Assembly (NCBI GenBank): GCA_964016885.1
Contig: OZ024746.1
Coordinates: 55,924,001 to 55,988,000, forward strand
Direction: 5' to 3'
From: Eledone cirrhosa
Lineage: Eukaryota
DNA length: 64,000 bases
The first letter of the stretch is position 1. Every line of letters starts with the position of its first letter. Positions 13,195 to 28,966 of the stretch are shown here, piece by piece. The notes under the pieces are model-generated. The model was not told where the DNA came from and made no database searches. It was given only the letters and a program-made list of their open reading frames with translations. The position numbers and the translations under genes are program-made.

Positions 13195-13375
13195 ATAACA
13201 AAGGAATTGCGGTAAGGAACCAGGTCGACCACAACGCACCAGAGTACTCAATACTTAGGGTAGTAGAGTGGGAAATAGGAACAAGTATAACCCCGACCGC
13301 AGAGCTGAAGCCGTTTTGTCCAGAAATAGCCGTCGAAACGGCTTGTGCTCTGCCGTCGGGGTCATACTTTTTCCT
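13195..13375 (-). mobile_element. Short fold-back pLTR-like element (family of 17850-18050)
   Basis: ccgtc-GAAA-cggc ttgtgctct gccg-TC-ggggtcat on one arm and its reverse complement on the other. Confidence 0.65.
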
Positions 13376-13392
13376 GTATATATATATATATA

Positions 13393-14353
<961 letters not shown>

Positions 14354-14355
14354 AA

Positions 14356-14570
14356 GGCGTGTGGCTGAGTGGTTAGAGAATTGGATTCGCAATCGTAAGG
14401 TTGTGAGTTCGATTCCTGGACCAGGCGATGCGTTATGTCCTTGAGCAAGACACTTTATTTCACGTTGCTCCTTCTACCTGGAGTTGCGACCGATAGATAG
14501 TATTAGCAATTGGAAAGACCTACGGAAACATTGTTCCCTCGGTCCGATTTGACGAAAAAGTCGATCGTTC
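14356..14570 (+). mobile_element. tRNA-derived SINE, family B
   Basis: A box tggctgagtgg, B box gagttcgattcc, conserved core tgtccttgagcaagacacttt. Confidence 0.8.
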
Positions 14571-15237
14571 CTAAAAAAATAGTAATAATAATAAATGTGA
14601 AGTCTAAAATCCAAAGAAGCCTCGATGAGGATAAATATATATCAAATATATAAGAACCATATATATATATATTAATTACACTATCTGTAATATATACGTG
14701 ATATTTTATGTTCGATTATAACTGTCCTGCTAAGACACCTTCAGACTCGGTCTGCTTAAGAACTTTGACATTGTTCCTCATTACTAACCAATGTAACCGT
14801 CAAACATGTTAGAGTACATGCTGTAGTCATTCGAAACAGTACGTGGCTTCCAATCGGTATCGTTTCTATATATATATACTTAATAAGTATTATCTTATTT
14901 TATTTTTCTACACTGAGGATATCTCCTACCCGAAACTTCAGGCTTATTTTTCTCTTTCTATTCCGCGTATATATTTCTACTGTACACATATTGTTCTTTA
15001 ATTCGTGCAAATATTTTCTCTTCTTATTTCAATTTTTAATCTTTTTGTACACTTCACATTGAAATATTACGTTCAACAATCCTCTTGTGTCTATATATAT
15101 ATAAAAAAAAACAACATATACATAGATATATGCATACATATTACTTACAAGCTCCACGCTCACACCACACACAAATCAATATACGTTGAGTTGTTTGCAG
15201 ACACACGTGTGTACACACACACACGCACGCGCACACA

Positions 15238-15364
<127 letters not shown>

Positions 15365-15699
15365 CAGCAGACATAAAGAAACATTCTTTCTCCCCTGGCT
15401 CTATTCACACAATGAATTTAAATATCACGTTATAACAAGACTGTTTATTTTATGGAAATATTAAAGTGAAAATTATTGGAGTATTTTACGAAACTTGATG
15501 CAATTAGCAATGATGAATTATCTGGTCATATTTTCCAAGTGTCTGCTGGCTCGCTGTTGAATTCTGCACTTGAAGAAACCTTAAATCGGTTACAAGTCCA
15601 AAAATATCAAATGTGCAAAAGCTATCAATGACGGAAGTATTATATTCAGAAATGCTACCGAATGCGATTGGATAAATGCCTTGAAGCCATTTGCGTGTG

Positions 15700-16335
15700 T
15701 TAGTGGTAGTGGGGAGATATGGTTGCGGCGTTGTCTACGGTGAGAGAATAGTGTGGGTAGTGTGGTGGTTAACTGCGTGGCTGTTGTTGGGGGTAAGGGG
15801 TGGAGTATAGGTTTGGAAAATATAAGGGGGTAGTAATGTATGGAGTGATCGGTGGTGGAGTTTGAAGATGCTTATTGTGATAATAGTGATAATGGTGTTT
15901 ATGATATTGGTTATTACAGTGGTGGGTATGAAAGCCGAGGATATGTTAGTGGTGGTGTTGGGGAAAGATGGCGGTGGTGTTAGTCGTTGTCGTGGGTACA
16001 TTAGTGTTATCGAAAGTGGTGGTGGTGCTTGTGTTTGTGCTGGTGGCAGTGGTGGTGCTGCTACTGTTGCTCGTGCTTGTCTTGGTGGTGGGGCTGGTGG
16101 TGGTGGTGGTGGTGATGCTCGTAGTGGTGCTGATAATTGTGCTGATATTGTTGGTGTTGCTGGTGGTGGTTGTGGTGGTGGTGGAGGTGGTGGTTGTGGT
16201 GCTGGTGGTGGAGGCGTTGGTTTTGGAGTTATTAATTGAGTCAGAATGGCGGGGAGGTGTTGGTTGTGATGGTAGTTTTGGATGATGAGGATGGTGGGTA
16301 AGATGGTTGTAGTGGTGATTGAATTGTGGCGATGG
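15700..16335. repeat. Degenerate (GGT)n low-complexity tract
   Basis: GGT/TGG-rich; yields poly-Gly, poly-Val, poly-Pro and poly-Thr ORFs in several frames. Confidence 0.85.
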
Positions 16336-16494
16336 AGGAAATCGAAGCATTTTGCCAAGACAAACAATCGATAAGGTTGAAGCCAATGTAATCGGTTGTC
16401 TTGGTTACCATGTTCTTCAAGTGTTATCTACACAAATTGCATCTCATAAGAACCACTATGGCATATGAGTGGTGAATTATATGAGAGTGCTTAT

Positions 16495-16557
<63 letters not shown>

Positions 16558-16588
16558 TAAATATATATATATACATATATCTATATAC

Positions 16589-16645
<57 letters not shown>

Positions 16646-16652
16646 TATATAC

Positions 16653-16723
<71 letters not shown>

Positions 16724-16730
16724 TATATAC

Positions 16731-16810
<80 letters not shown>

Positions 16811-16822
16811 ATATATACATAC

Positions 16823-16863
<41 letters not shown>

Positions 16864-16866
16864 CAT

Positions 16867-16920
<54 letters not shown>

Positions 16921-17375
16921 GTGTGTGTGCGTGTGTGTATAAATACACGTATACAACTATATATACATATGTTGTGTGTGTATTTATAAATATAGAGAGA
17001 GTGTGTGGGTTAGGGGAATGTTTTATATGTTGGAGTGTGTGCATGTGCGTAATTCGTTTGGAGGACAGATGTGAACTACTTGAATGATTAATTAATTTAT
17101 ATCGCTTAAATGCCCCACCCAATTTAACCATCAACTTCAGGCCACGTCCACATACAATTCCCATACCACCCAAGCCACCACACCACCATATACAGTGTGC
17201 ATATCCCTTTACACAGCCGTGTATTTACATCGAGTCTGCACACCATTCTACGCCAACACACTTCAAAAATGTTTCACCATACATCATCAAAGCACAATTA
17301 CTCCATACTCAATACTATATTTTACCCGCAAGGACACAGCCACGTTGTATTACCATACCATTCCAGATCGCCTTC

Positions 17376-17486
<111 letters not shown>

Positions 17487-17800
17487 AATGTATTTATAAA
17501 ACAGGATGGCGGAGGACAACACAAAGAAAAGAATCCCCAGTCATTGAAGAGGTCACAGAATGTGTAACGAAATAACTGTGACAATAATAAACAATCATCT
17601 GGTTGTGGAACCAACTAACCAACCGGAAATTTATAAATTCCTAAATTTATAAATGTATTAGAATAAATTGAAGTGAAAGCAACTGGAGGGTGTGTTTCTT
17701 ATTGGCAACCTGACCCTCCCAAAGTATAACAATATGCGTTTCAACACACGTTTTCAGATCAAGAATCTTGCAAAACAAATTCAGAAACGAAATGTATATA

Positions 17801-17849
<49 letters not shown>

Positions 17850-17855
<6 letters not shown>

Positions 17856-18049
17856 CGAAGGAATTGTGGTAAGCAACCATATGGACCATGACGTACCAGA
17901 GTACTCAATACTTAGTGTAGTAGAGTGTGTCATAGAAAAAGGTATGACCCCGAAGGCAGAGGTCAAGCCGTTTCGACGGTTATATCTGGTTTAGTCCAGA
18001 AATAGCCGTCGAAACGGCTTGAGCTCTGCCGTCGGGGTCATATCTTTTC

Positions 18050-18050
<1 letters not shown>
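17850..18050 (-). mobile_element. Short fold-back pLTR-like element turning inside an HHR
   Basis: atgaccccga..gccgtttcgacgg..ctgg tttagt ccag..ccgtcGAAAcggc..gccgTCggggtcat. Confidence 0.7.
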
Positions 18051-18107
<57 letters not shown>

Positions 18108-18339
18108 ATATGAGTAATATGGCCTTCTTTGCAAAGAAAACGGTCTGTTCGAACTTATATATGAAATCTGATGGTATATACAGTTATATAACACGTATAG
18201 ATCAGACAACACGTCAAAATGATCAATCCTCCGAAACGATCGTAAAACAATATTATTAATAGGTAAAATAACTTGCCTTTGTTGTTTTTTCCATTGTTAA
18301 TTTAATAGCTTGTATATATATCTATTGAGAGAGAGAGAG

Positions 18340-18398
<59 letters not shown>

Positions 18399-18438
18399 AA
18401 AAAGTAGATAAACATATATATATATATATGTATAAATA

Positions 18439-18469
<31 letters not shown>

Positions 18470-18492
18470 ATATATGTATATATATATATATT

Positions 18493-18533
<41 letters not shown>

Positions 18534-18550
18534 TAATATATATATATATT

Positions 18551-18589
<39 letters not shown>

Positions 18590-18644
18590 TTATATATATA
18601 TATATACATATATGTGTATATATATATATGTGTTTTTATATATA

Positions 18645-18718
<74 letters not shown>

Positions 18719-18751
18719 CATATATATATACGCATATATATATATACACGT

Positions 18752-18782
<31 letters not shown>

Positions 18783-18915
18783 CACATATATATATATACA
18801 CATATATATAAATATACACATATATATATATATATACACACATATATATATACACATATATATATATATATATACACATATATATATATATATACACACA
18901 TATATATATATATAT

Positions 18916-18996
<81 letters not shown>

Positions 18997-19149
18997 TATA
19001 TCTATATATCTTTAGGTTTGTTGGTTCACCACTGGATAGAACTGGTCATTCCGTATGGTCAATCCTGCTGTAATATTGTGAAGAGTACTCAACGCAGTGC
19101 AGTTCACCCATCTTCGTTTGTGTAGTTGGTGGTGCGAATACGGAGTTAA

Positions 19150-19627
<478 letters not shown>

Positions 19628-19901
19628 CGTTTCTGAATTTGTTTAGCAAGATTTATCTGAAACGTGTGTTGAAAACGATATTGTTATAATTTGGTAGGGT
19701 CATATTTGTAATAATATCGTTATAATAAATTGAAGTGAAGGCATCTGGTGCGTGTGTTTCTTATCGGCAACATGACCCTCCCAAAGTATAACAATATATA
19801 TATATACATATATATGTGTGTATATATACACATACAGATATTTATATATACACGTATAGATATATATATATATACATATATATATATATGTATATAGACA
19901 C

Positions 19902-19936
<35 letters not shown>

Positions 19937-19961
19937 TAAATATATATATAAACACACATAT

Positions 19962-20420
19962 ATATATTTGTTTTGCGAGGTTTTTGATAAGAAATCTTTT
20001 GTCGAAACAAATATTGTTATACTTGGACTGGGTCATATTGTTGTAATAATATTGCTAGAAATAATAACAGAACTTACTCACTGTCTGGTTGGTTTTCGCT
20101 TAAGCATTTTTTATATCTCCTCAGTTAATTCATTTGGCCATCAATGTTTATCACTGACTCTCCAACGGTCAAAAATATAGATATACATACATATAGTCTA
20201 ACAATGTTCTTTCGCTGCACATCTGCAACATCATCAGTGGTACTATTATCATGTTTACCCCTACTGTATTGTATGTATTGTAATGTCTTCGCCATTCTTA
20301 TAAAATAAAAAAGAAAATAAAAAGACCGTAGACATTACAATACATACAATACATTAAGGGGAAACATGATGATAGTACCACTGATGATGTTGCAGATGTG
20401 CAACGAAAGAACTTGTATTT
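19962..20420. mobile_element. Asymmetric fold-back pLTR-like repeat with HHR-like motifs
   Basis: CTGATGA-t gttgca gatg tgcaac-GAAA on plus (~20381-20408) and its inverted copy (~20208-20237); related copy at ~44100-44500. Confidence 0.6.
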
Positions 20421-20995
20421 ACATTTCAGTCACTAATATAGTGACGAAACCAATACTTTTGGAACTGTACGTGTGTGTTATATAGTTATTGAGATGCGTT
20501 TTCATTTATATTTTTTAATTATTAAGTGTCAACCTTACCTTCCGTAGTTTATAGATTCCATACACTGGTGGGTTCCCTGTTTTTTGATCGCACGCACACA
20601 CACAATCTCTCTCTCTCTAGTGTGTTATCGTTTCTACATTTTGTATTTTGAAGAGCTGAGGATTCCTTTTCCTTTGAGCACATAATTTACAGGGAATAAC
20701 GCAAGTCTATGACTTCGTTGATATTTCAATATATATATTAAAGAAATTATTTAGCCTGATAGTGGGGTTATAAATCCTCGGAGTAATGGATAAGATGTGT
20801 ATTGACGTACATGTACGTCAATACTCATGTACGTCAATACTTCAATGTACGTCAATATTCATCTTTTTCCATTTCTCCGAGGATTCTTAACCCTACTATC
20901 AGACTGAATAATTTCTTTAATTTCTTTAGTCAAAATACGGCGTTAGCTTATATTTCTAATTTCAAACTCACTCGCTGTTTCGAAAATATTCTTAC

Positions 20996-21091
<96 letters not shown>

Positions 21092-21619
21092 TGTTTGTCT
21101 GTTGGTAGCTAAGATGCTTCCACAGGCGATATGCCTGTTGAGCACTCTATGCTGTTACAGAGCAGAATATGCGCAGTAAATAGTATGCGCAAACCGTACA
21201 TAGAAAATGCGTGCTGAATAAATATAAAAAAAAGAAGGAACGTGTATGCATATGAGATAGTACACAAGAGAAGTATGAGATACTCACGTGGGTCTTTATA
21301 CGGATAATACATTAGGTGTTACAAAATGGAATACGTGGAGGATATGCACTCTCTACTGAAAAGATACACATGCAGCGGGGTGCGTGGACCGGCCATACTG
21401 GATTATGTTAGTGTGGTTGAGATACAGTGTCTTATTGGTGTAAGGCACTTGACAGAATATCAATGGAATCCGGGTCAACCTGTCCCGACTCAGGCGATGT
21501 TTTTGCCTAGGGTGACGTGCAGAGTCGGGTAAGCATCCTGGGTTATTTCGGCTTATCACACGGCTGATCCCTTGAACCCGTTTCGCCGCTCTGGTCGGGG
21601 TGCGCTACGCCGCATGCCA

Positions 21620-24180
21620 TTAGTGTCGGCTGTTCGGTGGATTCCATGCGGAGAGGGTGCACCTTCTCTGGTGCCTGCACGTCATGATTATTTCCGATTT
21701 CAGGTTGATCGCCTCATCCTTCAGTCTGACTATCCCCATGGCCTCGGATAGGCATAGCCCACACTTTCTATTTCCAGCCGAATATGCATTCGCGTTCCGG
21801 ACGATACCCTAGTTGAGGGCATACGGGGTGCCTTTGTCTTTCAAGTCCCACACCAAGTCCGCCAGCCTAGTAGAGTGCCTCTTGCTCCGGTCTTTGAAAG
21901 AGTTTGTGTGGTTACACATCCGTGATTTAAAGGTCGTGGATTTTGTGCCGATGTAGGTGCGCTTTATATTGTGAGTGCTAACCACACATTTATATACCAG
22001 ACCCTTCGTTAGGCATACTCCCTACAGAGGGCACTGTGCGCCCGCTCTGCAGTTGCACGTTCTGTCGTTATATTGTTCATTTCGGACGCCTGGCCCTTGA
22101 TCTACCACGGTCCTCTCCCGATTCTCTGGGTGTTGTTCTGCCGACACGGTGGTCTACCCCCCGCCACTCATTTCCGCCCGGCGTTGTATTGTATCGTCTT
22201 CCGCGGGCGTGGCGGCCGCCGCAGGGGCCGGGTTGTATTTGGAAGACCGGTCTGCAAGGGGCCGTCCGCGCTCGGATTGACGGTCGAGGTTCCTCATCTT
22301 CGCCGCGTTGGTTTAGGCCATCTAGTCTGCCATGTTAGTTGCGGTGGAGAAGAAGAACTTTACCGTGTAGTGGTTGAAAATCTTGTGGTATCTGCTCGAC
22401 GGCGGGAAGCACTCGTCCAACGCTCGGAAGAAGAGGCCTCGTACATAGCTTCATACATGCTTAGAATACGGCGCATTAAACCATGTAACGGCCTTAAACC
22501 TTGTCTTGTTCTCTCGTGTGTGTGTGTAGTAGTGTGAATGTGTGTTGGGTCAGGTGTCCGTCTCGGGGTTTTCCCGCTCGTTATTTCGTCTCCTATGTTG
22601 CCGCTATCTATATGTTTACCGTGGGCGTCGGGGTTACGCCGTTCGCTTACTGAGGTATTCCGTTTCGTTTTGTTAGCTCTACTGTTAGTCTCGGTAATGC
22701 TATGTGGTGCTGTTGTCGGGGCTATATCATTCTACAGGTCCTGTTGTTTCTTCTATCGGGTTCCATATCCATACTTTTCTTTACCCTGTCTCTAGTTCTA
22801 GTTTCCGCGATGCATGTTGTGCGCGTGCCGGGCTTCTGCCTACGTGTACTGGGAGGTCTGGCGCCGGTGTGTGTCTTCGTCTGTCTTATTGTCGGTCTTG
22901 TGTTCTTGTGGTGATCTATGCTGCTACTCCTGTTCCTGGAAGCTAGTTCCGGGTCGTTCCGTCTACCTATGGATGTAATACTGCTATCGTCGTATCCGCT
23001 TGCTTCGGCGCTAGGCACTTCCCTGTTCGTTGTGTACACTATGGTTTCTGTGAAACCGGCCCTGTGGAGTGCCTCATTATAATAGTTGGCGTGCTGGTTG
23101 AACACGTCTGCATTGGCCGACAGGGTGGATACGGGTTTGGATACCCTTTTAACTATTGCTTCTATGACTGACTTGGGTGGTTCGATTGCTTGTTCACATA
23201 TTGCAGGTTCTCATTGGGCTTGTGATAAGGTCGGTGTATGCCCGTATTCATTTCCAGGGTAAAGTCCAGGAAATTCACCGTCTTAATTGTAGGATCTATC
23301 ATCACTGATAAGCCGTGTTGCTTAAAAAAATGCGATATGTGCTGCATCATACGCTCCAGTTTAGTGAACGGAAGGTAAAAAGTGCGTCGTACCTGTATAT
23401 TCCTCCGCCGATCCCTGGAATCTCATCCGCTAATCTTTGGATGAGAAAGATTCCCACCAGGTCCGTCACCTGCGCATAGTCGCTCGACCCCATAGTAATA
23501 TGAAATCTCTCGGGTCTGTCCCTCCTTTCCCATAATTTATCTTCGAAGTTAATTAGCGTCTTTCTCGCTTCTATTATGAGGCTTGCTTCATTCCTAGTGA
23601 GGATAGACTTGGCAATGACGCTCATGAGGGCCTTGTTCACGATTACTGGTGATACTGACGCGTAGTAATCCGCTATGTCTAATTGAATGAAATTTACCTG
23701 CCGTTTGCTATCTATTAGCGAGAACCAGTCAATTACCTCCTTGGTGGAGGTCTATAAGCTAAAACTAGTTTTGTTCCTAAGTACCGGTAGTATCCTGTCT
23801 ATGATATTCTTGTTGGTCCTACCTATGTCCGATTTGGAGGGTGCTATTAGCCTAACAGGTAGATTAGTTCTAAAGTCTAATTTATATCCGTGGTTTTCTG
23901 GGTACATATGGCTCTGTCCTATCATCTATTCCTAGCCCAGTCATTATTTTTTGGGTCGTGGCGTTAATGCTATCTAAGTTAACCTGTCCTGTGGTCCTGT
24001 AGTTGTTCCTAACCTGTTTACCGTTGCAGTCATTGTATGTAAATCGGTCAAGCATGTATACATTACCAGTTTTGTCCGATGGCACAAGTAAATCCTGGCA
24101 TTCTTCCATGCTTTTGATTGTTGAGCTCAATCTCCGGAGGTAACCAGTATGTCGTGTATTATTCCTTCAAAATTTGATGT
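21620..24180 (-). pseudogene. Decayed Hydra-clade-like Penelope element (RT + C-terminal GIY-YIG)
   Basis: Fragments LLVPSDKTGNVY, ITMGSSDYAQVTDLVG, GGIYRYDAL, RPYHKPNENLQYVNKQSNHP, WFNAPYS, CNCRAGAQCPL, LVYKC..TYIGT, KCGLCLSE, TCRHQ; several stops and frameshifts. Confidence 0.9.
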
Positions 24181-24648
24181 TTCGGACGATGATGACGATG
24201 TATTTTTATACATTTATATATATATATATTTCGTTTCGGAATTTGCTTAGCAAGATTCTTTATCTGAAAACGGGTGTTGAAACCGATATTGTTATACTTT
24301 GGGAGGGTCATGTTAAAAATAACAAACACACGCACCAGTTGCTCTCACTTCAATGTATTATAAATTTCCGGTTGGTTCCACAACCGGACTGTTGTTCATA
24401 TATTGTCAAAGTTCTTTCGTCAAACATTCTGTAACCTATTCAGTGACAGTGATTCTTTTCTTTGTTTTGTGCCTCTCCTTTGTTCTGTCCCCCCCCCCCC
24501 CCATATATATATATATATATATATATTGTGTGTGTGTGTATGTATATATATGTATTTATGTATTTTTTAATATATGTATATATTTATAACAAGATGCATC
24601 CTTTCATGTATGACCCATTGTGTATCTTTATATGACTTTGTGTCTTTT

Positions 24649-24710
<62 letters not shown>

Positions 24711-25152
24711 AATGCGTGCGTGGGTGTGGATGTGAATATGCGCATCTTTGTAAGAGTGTATATGAGCCAGTGTGTGTGTGTGTACAAGCACCCGTGTAGG
24801 GAAAGGACTTGTTTGTGTGTATATATGTGTGTTTGCGAGCGAGTGTGTATCTGTGTGCGTATATATGTATATGGGTACGTGTATATATGTGCGTGCCAGG
24901 GTGGAGGGTGAGACTATGTATATGTCTGTACGCGTTTGTGTGTACGGGTATATATACGCGTGTGCATGTGATTGCACATGTGTGTGTGTGTGTGTATGTT
25001 GACGTATATAGGCATGTGGGCATGTGTCTGTGTGTGTGTACGTGACTCTCTGGATGCATGTATGCGTATGTTTATATGTTTATATGTTCTCCTTAAAAAT
25101 GTGTGTAGAGCGGGCATCTATACGTACGACCGTCATTATCTCTGTGAATTTT

Positions 25153-25328
25153 CAGTATCGGTAGAGGATCGGACACCATGCTTCGTGGCATAGCTACGTC
25201 CCTTTACGTCCAAAGTTCAAATCCCGCCAAGGTTAACTTTGCTTTTCATCCTTACGGGGTCGATAAAATAAAGTACCAGTAACATACTGGATAATTACTG
25301 ACCTTGTCTCAAATATAGAAACAATTAT
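25153..25328 (+). mobile_element. SINE family A
   Basis: Similarity to 2224-2418. Confidence 0.8.
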
Positions 25329-25417
25329 CTCTGTGCTTGTCTGTGTTTGTTTCTGTGAGTGTGTGTGCATGTGTGTGTGCGTATGTGTGTGTATGTGTGT
25401 GTGTGTGGGGGGGGTGC

Positions 25418-25450
<33 letters not shown>

Positions 25451-25768
25451 CAACCAAACACAGCAGTAATTTATTGAAGTTTAGCAGACTTGGGACGGCT
25501 AACGTCCTGATGGTCAGCGGACTAGTACTTGTCAGAATTGTGATGACGTCGACAACCTGCGGCCAATCACAGGACTCGCGAAGAGGATGAAGTTTTTGAC
25601 AGTACTGGCCCAGAGGCTCAGATACGCCAGTGAGAGAATATGCTCCGAAATCATTAGACGTGTCCGTCGAACCACACAATGATCGCGTCTCGAGCTGTCC
25701 GCCGGGAAACAATTGTAACACACAATAAATTGAGTTCAGATGCATCACTGATTTTTCGTATTCTATTC

Positions 25769-25880
<112 letters not shown>

Positions 25881-26544
25881 TATTGAGTTAGAAACTCAAA
25901 ATAAACACAGATATAAACATACCAGTGTTCGAATTGTAAAGAACCTGGTTCACTAGGGTGAAAAAAATACCTGGTCCCCTACAATTCGAACACATGTATG
26001 TTTATATTTGTGTTTATCTCTCTTATATATATATATATATACGTAAGATGAAGATATGGAAGACACTTTATTTGACTCTGTCTCAAGTATGCAATCAACA
26101 AATGAAGAATAGGAAATCGTGAGTGGTTCCTAAAGCTCCAATATTAAAATGTGTAAATATTGCAGCTTGATGGAAGCTCTCACCATTTCCGTATTTTTAC
26201 ATTTTCCTCTTTAACTGTATGAATCAAATAAGTTTTATGTTCCTGTTCTTACTTTTGTATCCATTATATTTAGTGTTTTATATGCATATGTATTCGTACA
26301 ACACGCTGGATATATTTGCTTAAAATCTAATTCCTGATTCTGTATGGATTATACATTTAGTGATTTTATTCGTCCACTTTACGGAGTGCTGAAACATATC
26401 CAGATGGAAAACTTGGCAAATTTTATTCACCTGCAAGCAAAGAGAACGTGTAATTATTATATTTACCATCATTATTTATGATTATTATTATTGGTGGTTT
26501 TTCCTCTTACTTCAGTTATGTTTCCATTTCTTGACGTCTCAAGT

Positions 26545-26970
26545 CAGACGAAATAGAAAATCTTCTGAACCAAATACAGCTGCCCATCAGAGCAGACGTC
26601 CGAATAAATATAGAAGGTAAAAGAACAAAATTCCATCAATGTAAATCGACAAGCCTGCTGAGAGGCTCCTTCCCGCAAAAGCAGGATAACAAAGGCCACC
26701 GCTACTACATTTACGTTGGCTTCAAAAAAACATACAGCAGTATGCCACAAATACAGCAACAACAACAACCTACTATATTGGCGGCTGAAAACACAACTAG
26801 GCCAGCAGAGCCAACAAAAACAATACTAGCTGAGACAATTACAGGACCAACAGCAGCACCAGAATCTCTACCATCACAAATAGTAACATTAGCAACAGCA
26901 GTAGAATATATGCTTCTCCCTGATGTCCCACAGATGGGTATGGATTGTGACGAAGTTAAGGACTGACAAG
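26545..26970 (+). pseudogene. Possible decayed LINE ORF1/gag-like zinc-knuckle fragment
   Basis: INIEGKRTKFHQCKSTSLLRGSFPQK resembles an eroded EGR..CxxCxxxxHxxxxCP knuckle followed by a Thr/Pro-rich tract; only one Cys is retained. Confidence 0.25.
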
Positions 26971-28121
26971 CCATCTGTCACAAGAACAAAAATAAAAGAA
27001 TGATATCTTATAACAATCTTGGCGAATGTGGGGAAAGAAGAGGGTTAGGGTTAGGGTTAAACATGCCTACACCCGCACAAACCTCACCATTAACGCCTTA
27101 AGAGACACCGACAATAACATGCCAAACCCAACTGCAACAACTACACCAATAACAAATGCAAAGTCAAGAAAAGAAAAGAAACCACAGGAATTACACAGCC
27201 ACACACAAAACAAAAACGAAACTGACAGACAACATTAAGAACAATAGTAAAATCATAGAAACGGATTACATTACCGCCCGGAAAAACTTACACTGTTCAC
27301 ATGCATAGAGATCATACACATAACCTGAAAAACTACGCTACTTTAAAAATAAAATTCCCCCCACACAATAAAGACAAACACTCCCACACTTCCACCCAAT
27401 ACTTATTCCACAGGTACCGGGACCAAGGCAACGTGAAATAAAGATAAGGAGAACCCACGAAACCGAAAACACGAAACAAAAATATCTGGCAACCACCAAC
27501 ACACTCAACACTAAACGTAGAAGCTGCATACAGAACACATACAGATATCCTCAACACTAAGAGCACCAACACCACATCCGCACACAGACACCAAACTCGG
27601 TGCTTCTCAGAAGGGTCAACTAATTTTCCCAAAAGTACGAAATAAAGGCATTGAGAAAGGAGATGGATATTTGGTACCAGCAGATTTAAAGTACTTGAAA
27701 TATTGAGGAGGGTATAAATGAAACTACTGTCTTAAAAAGTATTAGGGAAGGCGTCCCCAACGATGGAGTAGGGTGTGCTAACACACAATGTTTTAAAGGT
27801 TGTTAACATTAACGAGGATTTGGCGAGTGAATGGGCTTACTATGACCATGCGCCTGGAGCCTGGATAATTTGGAAAGGAAAGGGCTGAATTTCACGGTTT
27901 CTCTTGGAGAATAGTGTGATTTAGGATTTGTGGGTTTCCCCTTTTACCAATGGGTGTTGCTCTTTTCTATAGAAAAAATTATATTTTTGTAATTGTATTG
28001 TTTATTGTTATTTGTTATCTTCTTTTTACATTTTTTTATGTAAACCCTTACTGTCCTTGTCTATATGTTGTTCTATATGTTTCGGCTCACGTGATCATTA
28101 AACATACATTATTTACTATTA

Positions 28122-28481
28122 TTGGTGGATGGCAGTATTGTTAAAGTGTCGGACGAAATGATTTGTGGCATTTAGTTACCGGCCTTTACTTTCTGAGTTC
28201 AAATATCGTCGATGGTTACTTTTCTTTTTATTCTTACGGGTTCGCTAAAATGAAGCACCAGTAATGAATGGGATTCATTTAATTGGCTTTCCTTTCCCAC
28301 TGTTGTGGATTGGCAGAGGGTCGGACACCATGCTTTGGCGCATAGAGTTACGGCCCTTTCGGGTCTGAGTTCAAATGCCGCAGAGGTTAACTTTGCTTTC
28401 ATCCTTACGGGGTCGATGAAATAAAGTACCAGTAATGTACTTGGTAATAGCTGGACTTGTGCCAAATGTAGAAACAATTAT
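28122..28481 (+). mobile_element. Two adjacent SINE family A copies
   Basis: Copies at ~28122-28285 and ~28305-28481. Confidence 0.8.
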
Positions 28482-28932
28482 TGTTGAATATCTGTGAAAG
28501 GGTTAGGTGCGAGAATTTTGAAAGGAAGAATCTCGCTAGAGATATTGTGGTTCGGTTCAATGGAATAACTTCTACACACGGGTATCTAATAATTAAACAC
28601 TCATCTCATCGATAATGAGCATCGGATAAATCGATTTGCTTCCTCGTTAACGCAAACCATTGAATGCATTAGGTTTGAGATAACCAGAGACAGCACCAGG
28701 TAATTAAATAAAAGAGAAATTTCCACTTAAGAAATACCAAAATGCTTGAATCGATTAATGATATCGCTAGAAACTATTTAGCGAGAGGACACTGGTGTGA
28801 TTGCATCTCAGGTTTGGTGCCACTTGTTTTGCGAAAGGCAAATTATTTTCAACAAGGTGTAAACGGTGGTCTTGATAATTCTAGTTGACGCCATGCGTAT
28901 TTGTGTGTGTCCTTTTGTGAGAGAGTGTGATC

Positions 28933-28966
<34 letters not shown>

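Noticed and set aside
15465-15690. Non-repetitive stretch that might be a host exon
   Set aside because: Frame closes quickly, no recognisable domain and no convincing splice sites.
15735-16386. Pro-, Gly-, Thr- and Val-rich ORFs resembling mucin or structural proteins
   Set aside because: All derive from one degenerate (GGT)n tract read in different frames.
27041-27059. (TTAGGG)3 telomeric-type motif
   Set aside because: Too short to indicate a telomere or healing event.
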